A DNA stretch of 41,577 nt from Octopus bimaculoides. Its lineage: Eukaryota. Shown here in pieces: positions 32,750 to 41,577 of this stretch. The stretch is from NCBI RefSeq assembly GCF_001194135.2, contig NC_068995.1, forward strand, positions 42,854,823-42,896,399. The letters are read 5' to 3'. Below the pieces are notes generated by a model. That model ran no database searches. It was not told the DNA's origin and saw only the letters and a list, made by a program, of their open reading frames with translations. Each line of letters begins with the position of its first letter. Position 1 is the stretch's first letter. Position numbers and translations under genes: made by a program.

Positions 32750-33700
32750 TATATTATATCACGTAGACTTTTCAAGAATGTACTGACAAAAGCCATTGAA
32801 TTTCTTGTTGGAAATACAAAGGTAGTCAGCAGTGAAGTTACTAACTTATGTGTTAAGGTTAGTAATGTTTTAGTAAGTCATAACAAAGAAGTACTCAGAA
32901 ACATGACATCTTGATAAAGACAGGAAAGAAAAAAAATACAAGGAGTGGAATAACAGTTGACAATTTTAAAATGAAGCAAAACAATAAGAACTAAAAACAG
33001 AAAGACTCTAATTTGTCCAACTGGAATAAAAGAGACACCCCATGTTGATTGTTGATTATTTTTCTCAAGTATTTGTGAAGACTAATAAGAGAAGAAATAA
33101 GATCAAAGAGAGAGTAAACTGCAGAACTGCATCAACTACAGTATTTTTAGTAAAACTAGTTACTGCTTGGAAAACTAAAAACAATTACAGTAAAAGAAGT
33201 ATTTGTTTTACTTTTGGTAGAGGTGGGGGTTGTTTGAGAGAAATATTAATTTCAACTGCATTCTGTCAACGCGGTTCATACACGCAAGATGGTAAAAGTG
33301 AGAAAAAAATGATAAGTTTATGGAATGACAAGTAATAGAAAGATGCTGCACATTTACGCAGAATATGGAACTAATGTGGATGGTGAGATAGAAATCATTG
33401 GGAATTGTGCGTTCACCGAAAGACTTTTGTCAATTCTTTGAATTTGGAAATTGAAGAGCTTTTATATAATATGACTCCATGACATGCTACCTTCAGTGAA
33501 TATGGGTGTGTAAGAGTAATAGCAGAAGAGAAAGACATCGAAAGAAAATGAATTGAGGGTGGAGAAGAAGATCGACTGATGAAAAGGGGATACGTTGAAA
33601 TCACCTTGTGCCTCTTGTACATTAAGTCTCGCCTTAGAAAGATACAAATTTGGCTGTTGACAAAGGGACACGTTGGCATGTCGCTTTGTTGTAGAGTAAC
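32750..33700 (-). mobile_element. Highly degraded APE-type LINE remnant (L2/CR1-like)
   Basis: GDFNV endonuclease motif at 33591-33605 and a weak DYLCISN..ILEK resemblance to NYRPISN..ILEK near 32770-32850. Boundaries are uncertain. Confidence 0.38.
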
Positions 33701-34011
33701 ACCCACATGGATAAAGACATTAATTTGATTTATATTTTAGTCAGGAGGGAAGGAAGTGACTGTGTCACCTTTAGAAGATTTGTGAGGCTGATGCGATGGG
33801 AAAGATGAAGGTATCTTCAAACCGGAGACCTGGCCTGAGAGCTAGGAAAAGGGTAAATTTTGCTAAAGGTACGCAAGGTGCTGGCCAGATGATCGTGCCA
33901 AACTGGACAGATAAACCTACCACTAATTTGAACTTAGAAACAGAAAATCGGAACAAATATTGTAAGGTACCAGATCTTAACTTTTAGCATTTCCACCAAG
34001 GTAACGCAGTA

Positions 34012-34107
34012 GATTGGTACTTTTTTTAGTAATCTCAAACGGCTGAAGGCTACCATCGATTGGTACTTTTTTTAATAATCTCAAATGGTTGAAAGCCACC
34101 ATCGATT
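34012..34107 (+). repeat. 46-bp tandem duplication
   Basis: GATTGGTACTTTTTTTA(G/A)TAATCTCAAA(C/T)GG..CCATC twice. Confidence 0.88.
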
Positions 34108-34365
34108 AATTCTAAGAGACAGTGCTATGAATTATTAATCAGATAGTCATTTACGATGTAATGGAGAATTGATGTAAACGTGTTGACGAGTTAGAATTCT
34201 TAGAAACTCATCAAAATATCCAATGTTCTACCGACTTGGCACCAAAAGAAACACTGTGATTATTCTGCAACCATTCTATCGATTCGATTCAAAATTCAAC
34301 AATGGTACACACGGAATTGCCTGTGTATATAAATATACGAATACGTATATGTATGCATGTGTGAA

Positions 34366-34403
<38 letters not shown>

Positions 34404-34706
34404 GAGTATGCATTTTTGTATTTGCTTTGCCAGATTCTTGATGTGAAATCGTGCGTTGAAATAGATGTTGTTATATTTGGGGGTAATCATCTTTTGCCAA
34501 GAAAGACAAAATGGAATAGACAGAACAAGACCAAAGACGATAAGATATACAAGAGATGGAAACTTGTTAAAGAGGTCACGCAAGAACTCTGACAGGTAAA
34601 CTATTATTAATAATAAAGCTAATGTGTTGATCAAATTATTAGTTTGTATTTTTAACTGGCAATTTGACCAAAACCAAATATAACAATATATAGACGTGTC
34701 TGTGTG

Positions 34707-34770
<64 letters not shown>

Positions 34771-35041
34771 CAGACAGACAGACAAAGAGACAGATAGAAA
34801 GACAATGATGTAATATTTATAAACATATGTAATGTGTGTGTGGAAGTGTGTGTGCGTGCGCGTGTGTTTGTGTGTCTGGATACACGTAATACGAGGAAGA
34901 TAATGAGGTAAAGTGATATAATATATGAAAAACACGGTGTAAAAAACATGAAAATAAAAGAGCTAAGACAGGTATATATAGATTTTATTTAACCACGTGA
35001 CCGTGATTAAATAATTGATTTTTCACCTGTTATGTCTCCTG

Positions 35042-35240
35042 CATTATATTATCTAGCCACCACAGTCCCCAGATCTCAATATTATTGAACATTTATGGTG
35101 CATGTTAGAAAAACAATTAAGGAGTCGATATCCTTCACCATCATCCCTACAAGAACTGGGGACATTTTTAGCTGAAAAATGGACCAAAATTCCTTTGAAA
35201 ACATTACAAACTTTTTACGAGTCCATACCTCGTAGAATTC
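35042..35240 (+). mobile_element. Tc1-family transposase C-terminal fragment
   Basis: Reads HYII*PPQSPDLNIIEHLWCMLEKQLR..LQEL..EKWTKIP..LQTFYESIPRRI. This is the WPPQSPDLNxIE(H/N)LW motif with W mutated to TAG. Confidence 0.87.
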
Positions 35241-35410
35241 CATTTGTTTCTCTCGTTGTTCGCAAAAAAATGTCTGTCTCCGTATTTCATGTTGTTTACC
35301 TTTTGTGACGTCCTGTACCCGTATATGCATGCATATATATATATATATATATACGCGTATGTATGCACACACTAACACAGATAGATATACATATATGAGT
35401 AAATATTCAC

Positions 35411-35602
35411 TTCAAATTTTGGCACAAGGTCACCAATTCCGATTACATCAACCCCAGCGTTCAACTGGTACTTATGTAATCGACCCCGAAAGGATGAAAG
35501 GCAAAATCGACCTCGGCGGAATTTGATCTCAGAACGTAACGGCAGACGAAATACTGCTATGCATTTCGTCCGGTGTGTTAACGACTCTGCCAACTCGCCG
35601 CC
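35411..35602 (-). mobile_element. SINE family A copy
   Basis: Near-consensus full copy ending CTGCCAACTCGCCGCC. Confidence 0.9.
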
Positions 35603-35647
35603 GTGTATGAGTAAATATTGATAGACAAATAGATATTTGCATGTACG

Positions 35648-35648
35648 T

Positions 35649-35737
<89 letters not shown>

Positions 35738-35770
35738 GATAGATAGATAGATAGATAGATGGATAGATGG
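35648..35770 (+). repeat. (GATA)n tetranucleotide repeat
   Basis: Direct inspection. Confidence 0.96.
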
Positions 35771-36471
35771 ATACATTGTAATTCAATATATCCATGAATA
35801 ATGGAGGGGACATGAACAATTAATGATAAGCGATAAAAATAAGAGGAAATCTATGACTAGCGAAAATTTATAGACATTGTGATGACAAATATTATGAGAT
35901 AGTAATTTTGTGACCAGGATATATGGAACGATAATAGATTTGATGGGAATAAGTACACAAATTTAGGGTTGGACATTCTAGAGCTGCTGTAGAAAGTTTG
36001 AATTGGTAATGAGACATCGGTCGATGCATAGAGATGAACGCTAGAAAATTCTGAATGGCGTGAATACGTAGGCAGACAATTTGAAAAAAATGACATTGGA
36101 AGAGAAAGTTATGACGAAATAAACGAAATAATGGCGTATCAGAGGCTGCTCAGTTGCAAGCGTTTTAGGAAGAGGAATTCGAGTTATAGGAAGGGAGGTG
36201 GTTATTAGCACCTGAGGGGTGAAGAAGTCCCAAAACAAAAGGTAAGCTGCTTTGCTATTGAGTTATCAGTCGAATCGGAGTTCAAAGTGATCCGTTGACT
36301 AGAATCTTTCTTCTCTCTTCAATTTAAATTTTGATACCTTCAAACATGCACGTTCAATTCGCTACGTTTATTTCCTTCATTTCCAATAGAACACATATAA
36401 CTAGGCCTTTAAGCCCTACTCCTAAACCGCTCTGACTGTGCCTCTCAAAACGTTTTTTTTTACTACATTAG

Positions 36472-36806
36472 AAAAGACCCCCTTCGGTCATGAATAACCA
36501 TGAGATTGAATCTAAAAAGTTACCCTTGGAGGCACAAATCCGGGCAAGATTATTTTCGGAAGACCAGCAGTCTCCCGTTCATAGAGGCCTCCTCTCTCCA
36601 CACCACTGATGTTATCCAAGAGAAAAGCAAAGGCAGATACAGCTTGGCACCAATGACATCGCAACTCATTTGTACGGCTGAGGGCACTTAGGCAACGCTA
36701 TATAAAGTGTCTTGCTCAAGAATACAACACAGACCGGTCCGGGAATCGAACTCGCTACCTCATGGTTTTGATCCCGACGTTCTAACCATTGAGCCATGCG
36801 CCTTCA
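36472..36806 (-). mobile_element. SINE family C copy, full-length
   Basis: tRNA-like A box TGGCTCAATGG and B box GAGTTCGATTCC, then TTCTTGAGCAAGACACTT, ending GACCGAAGGGGGTCTTTT. Confidence 0.87.
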
Positions 36807-37884
36807 TTATTTACCATATAATCTCGAGTGAAAAAGGGAACCAATACGTAGATTATTATTGTATGAGAAATTGCAGCCAAATCTCTTTCAACCCATAACA
36901 CACCATGGAATACTGTAGGCTCTAAGAGATTCTAATATATAAAATGATGAAAAGTCATCAAAGACCGCTTTGATCACGTTTTCTTAACCAGTGCTTGCTC
37001 TCGGGCTGAACAACAACAACAACAGCAACTGCATTGCTCATAAACTCAGCAAATGCTTGTACGTGTAATAAACCAGCCGCTTAGGTTATCCTTTCGGCGA
37101 TCATCTCATCCATAGTTGCTACAAAAGCCAACACTTTTGAAACTTGGCCGGTAGATAAATTAATTAATCAGACCATCTCTTGGAAATCTCTTAGTTGTAA
37201 GACAAGGCATTATCTAAACTCTAAGAAATTCCTTATCTTCAAAACTTAAAGACATTCCTTCTTATTCTCTAAGTTGTACATTTCCCCTTGCACATGTTTG
37301 TAGTTTAGCAATCCCTAATATATTTTCTGTTCCCATCTCTGCGCCTTAAAATTTTCCTTTCCACTCATTAAAATTTGCTCACGTTCTTCAAAGTTTTCTT
37401 CCCGTTTTGAACTTTATCCCGCCAGCATGACGTTTCGCATTTTAACATCTTACGTTACAGTGAATCGATTTACTCAACTTCGAAACGTTTCATAAAGTGA
37501 CTGCCGCTATTCGATCTTACATTTGATTTTACGCTTTTAACTCTCTGGTGTCGTTTCATTTGAAAACTCGAAATTAATGTCTTAACGATAAAAGTTACAA
37601 TAAATAACATGGAATCTGAGACAGTAGAATTAATTTGCAATAGAATTAATTTCCTTTTACTCATATCATTAAAGTTCATTATATAACTTCGCACATGAAT
37701 ACCACTACACTAAAACTCTCAAAATTATAATGTAAAAATTAAAAATATTTATGTACATCTGTTTTATCACAAAATTTTAAAACAGGCAGCTAACAAGTTC
37801 TAGTTATGTTGTTGATGTTCTCCATTTACAAAAAGAACATATAAAGGAAAAGAATGAATTCTATGAAGTTAACAAGTGAATTAC

Positions 37885-37920
37885 GTATTGTATTTCTCGC
37901 TGCTTTTCGAAGAACAATAC
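37885..37920 (-). CDS. Candidate 36-nt exon (frame ambiguous)
   Basis: Acceptor long T run plus ACAG, donor TAC|GTAATT. All three frames are open. Confidence 0.2.
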
Positions 37921-39054
37921 CTGTAAAAAAAAAAATCAATTCTTGTTGGTTTGGTTTTGTCTTTGTTTTTTTTATTTGCAATTGAAATCCAGTTATGAAT
38001 TACAACATTCAAATTCTTAGCTTACGTAAAATAAAAAAAAAATCTTAGGATAAGAAAAGCTACAGAAATAATAATTTTCAGAGAATATAATTACTTCAAT
38101 GTTTTATTTAAAAACACGGAGAAATGAACAGATTTATTTTTATGACTGTTCTTATATACAGACTGATACGTTACACTTGAAAATACTCACTCTTTTATAG
38201 TTTATCTAACTGCAAATAGGAAGCGTATTGAAGTACAGTTTGCTATATATTTTTAATATCCTGGTATTACAAAGATAATTCACACTAACCTAAAGGTTTC
38301 ATTTCAATTAAACTCTCGTAATTAAGTCGTGCTAATCAATGTCTAAGATTACTGTCACGTCCATATTAATATTGACCCGATACTAATGAACTTTCGGGTA
38401 GCTTATTATCCTACTTGATCTCTGCAATTCTATATCACGTGGTTGTTTACTTAACGTTCTAAAAGATACAAAATAATTCAATAAATCTAAGTCAATGAAA
38501 ATGAGTTTCAAAGTTTAGATGTCAGCTCCAAGTCGCCGTAAGTAGGTAATTTCACGAATAACCAGTAGTTAGCATGAGACCTAACAAATGAAATGATAAT
38601 AATTTTCCATCCATTACAATTTGGGTTAATTAACGTGTTGATAATTAAACAAGACAGATAAAGTACAAAACTTTCAGGTGAACGTTTTTCATCATTGCAG
38701 ATCTCAACAAATATGAACAAGAAAGAATACTCTTATTGCAAAATATCCTAGGGGTGTCTAAAGTTAATCTACTTGTACCAACAGATGTTTTCATACCCAA
38801 ATCTGTTCTTCAAGATATTTAACAACATAGAAATAAAATATTAATTGTAATAAAGAGTTGTATGAAAAATCTAGACTTAGTTTTATAAGTTAGCGTTTTA
38901 ATTTCTATAATGAATTTAGAACAATTCTTCATAATAACAAGAGCTATTTCCTGACAGCAATAGATATTTCGAAAGAACATTTGTATTGAAATTTGTGTTA
39001 CCACTAATGTACTGTACAATTATATAGAAACACGGTAATCACAATTACACCTCC

Positions 39055-39056
<2 letters not shown>

Positions 39057-39111
<55 letters not shown>
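39057..39111 (+). repeat. (TA)n microsatellite
   Basis: Direct inspection. Confidence 0.96.
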
Positions 39112-39115
<4 letters not shown>

Positions 39116-40009
39116 TGTTTGCTTTATGTTTGCTTTATGTTATAATAAAACCAAATTTACATTAAATTGCAGAATTACTCAATACAATCGGCAGAGTAGA
39201 AAATATTTACTTTTTAACAAGAATGGTATTCACAGTGACTTCGAAGTTTCGGTCAGTCCATTGATGGTTTAGTTGGCCGAAACAATGAAACTGCCACACG
39301 CACGCACGCACGCACACACAAACACACACACACACACACACACACAGACACACACACCTGCATATACACAATCTTTGTGGGTCTCTCACTAGCTTCATCT
39401 ACGGTAAACTCTTGCCAAATGTAAATACTTCAGTAGCCATGAGTGGAAATAGAGTCGAATTCTTTCATTTAATCAAGCCATACTGTTGCAAGGGTCCTAC
39501 GATTTTTTTGTCTTTTTACTTCAGGCAGTTCAGCTTTGTTTATCAAAAGTTGTTCGTTACATCCCTACACTCGCTTCTTTTCAACAGCTTACTATTTCCC
39601 CTCTATACTGCTGAAGTCACGTGGTCCTGAATTAACTGGTACAGTTTACACATAATGTTTAGGCAAGAAATGAGCCGATAGTTTTCTGAGAACTCTGTGG
39701 TGTCTTCTTATCCAAAAGATTCGTTCCTGGTATATTTGGTATACCAATTTGACCTTCTATAAACCTTTTGAATATATATATATTAAAAATAATTTGTAAA
39801 AATCTCTGACTGTCTATGATCACGCAACCGGAACGTCTGACCTCTGCCAACAAAAGTAAAAACAACCCCAAAGCAATATTTATTGCGATATTATCGAAAA
39901 GTTTTAGATGCAACATACGTTTGTCAGTGACCGAGTTGCAGTTTTGAGCGATGAAGATTTTGACACTATATTACAAACAATAGATGTTTAACCTTTTACC
40001 ATTCTTATT

Positions 40010-40449
40010 GATTTGAAGTTTTGACACAAGACCAACAAGTAAGGAGAAAGGGAAAATAGATCACATCGTCTTCACTGCTCAACTGATATTTATTTTATCG
40101 ACCCCGAAATGATGAAAGGCAAAGTCGATTCTGGTGGCATTTGAACTCATAACGTAAGCCAACGAGCTAAATAGATTGCCAGCTCACTGTTTTCCCTTTG
40201 GCATTCATATTTATTTTTCTATTGCTCACAAGGCAAATAAACATAGAGGGGACAAACAAGGACAGACAAAGGGATTATGTTGATTACATCGACTCCAGTG
40301 CGTAACTGGTACTTATTTAATCGACCCCGAAAGGATGAAAAGCAAAGTCGACCTCGGTGGAATTTGAACTCAGAACGTAACGGCAGACAAAATACCGCTA
40401 AGTATTTCGCCTAGCGTGCTAACGATTCTGCCAACACGTCGCCCGCCTT
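40010..40449 (-). mobile_element. Two tandem SINE family A copies (40010-40190 and 40212-40449)
   Basis: Two copies with different tails. The 17-bp CCTTTGGCATTCATATT occurs at 40195-40211 and 40446-40462. Confidence 0.88.
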
Positions 40450-41102
40450 TGGCATTCATATTACCTGTAATGTAATGCTTATGAATTCACTTTCTTTAGA
40501 ATTAACCATGCGTTATCTTGTAGCCTTGAAATTCTGATAAAGCGATTGTTTATTTTTAGAATGGCATTGTAAGGTAGGTTAAAGGGGTTGGATCTAACCT
40601 AATTGAACATAAGCCAGGTAGAATATGGCCTGACACGACCCTTTTGAATGCTAAAATTTTAATAGAAACTAATGTTTTTTTTTTATGTTTCTGAATGGTT
40701 AACTAATGTCTTCGATGCTACAATCGACTAAAAAAGTAAATATTCAAAAATTATTTTCTGTCATTTTCTCTGCACTTGAAATGTAAATGTCTAAAACGAA
40801 GAAAAATTTAGAGTTCGTTTTTACAAGAAAAAATTATATATATATATATATTTATAAAACAAGTTTTAAAAAATATTTTTCCAGTATTTTTTATGGAAAC
40901 CTACTATGATTAAATAAATTTCTTTAAACATCTCATACTGCTCACTGTATTATTTTTACATGAACTGATTAACTAGTAAGTAAAAGAGATATTTTATAAT
41001 TCAACTTATTTCCATACTGAGCTTCTAAGATACAATTACGTTGTCTATATCTTTAATATATTTCAATATATATATCATTTTTTCGGTCATGTGGGATATA
41101 TA

Positions 41103-41247
41103 CGACTGACTTATATCAGTTTCCGTCAATCAAATCCACTCACGAGGCTTTGGTCGGCCAGAGGCTATAGTCGAAGACACTTGCGCAAAGCGCCACGCAA
41201 TGAGACTGAATCCGGAACCATGTGGTTCGGAAGCAAGCTTGTTATTT
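41103..41247 (-). mobile_element. SINE family B 5' half
   Basis: CAGTTTCCGTCAATCAAATCCACTCACGAGGCTTTGGTCGGCC..GAAGACACTTGCGC..ACCATGTGGTTCGGAAGCAAGCTT. Confidence 0.85.
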
Positions 41248-41459
41248 CTTTATTGCCCACAAGGGGCTAAACAGAGGGGACAAATAAGGACAGACAAAGG
41301 GGTGAAGTCGATCACATCCACCCCAGTGCGTAATTGGTACTTTATTTATCGATTCCGAAGTGATGAAAGGCAAAGTCGACCTCAGCGGAATTTGAACTCA
41401 GAACGTAACGGCAGACGAAATATCGCTAAGCATTTCGCCCGGCGCACTAACGTTTCTGC
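41248..41459 (-). mobile_element. SINE family A copy nested in a family B head
   Basis: Near-consensus body flanked by the two halves of a family B 5' end. Confidence 0.87.
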
Positions 41460-41541
41460 CAGCCACGCCTTAATCCGCTAATGAATCTTTATCCTCCAGT
41501 GGGGTGTTGAGTACTCATTCTCTTTTATGTATGCATGTGTT

Positions 41542-41577
<36 letters not shown>

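Noticed and set aside
35850-36240. Possible minus-strand LINE remnant
   Set aside because: The composition is suggestive but no diagnostic motif could be read.
36720-36806. tRNA gene
   Set aside because: A and B boxes are present but continue into a SINE body, with no complete cloverleaf. The same applies to the other SINE heads.
38519-38537. Plus-strand first exon MSAPSR with a GTAAGT donor
   Set aside because: Only 19 nt, and the next phase-compatible exon (near 39590) has a weak donor. Indistinguishable from chance.

Overview
This is eukaryotic, AT-rich, repeat-dense genomic DNA with seven N-gaps. It is most likely from an octopus; I infer this from tRNA-derived SINE families that I recognise as octopod-type. 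No host protein-coding gene could be identified with confidence, and nearly all ORFs in the track are microsatellite or N-gap artefacts. The best-supported features are: (1) a full-length but decayed piggyBac element of the PGBD2/PGBD3-like group (13019-15624, minus strand) with TTAA duplication, imperfect TIRs, internal inverted repeats, a splice acceptor just before the ATG and an AATAAA after the stop; (2) about 25 SINE copies in three families, here labelled A, B and C, several stacked head-to-tail with repeated target-site-like spacers; (3) three remnants of restriction-like-endonuclease (RLE) retrotransposons (two R4/Dong-like, one HERO-like); (4) a Tc1 fragment and a mariner-type MITE; (5) a Penelope-type mini-hammerhead motif; (6) two long fold-back hairpins (77 bp perfect; 87 bp with 4 mismatches); (7) a templated insertion inside a SINE. 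Several small minus-strand exon candidates hint at a host gene but remain unproven. I found nothing that I can defend as a wholly new biological system. The exon-trap-like piggyBac, the SINE stacks and the hairpins are the most worthwhile leads.
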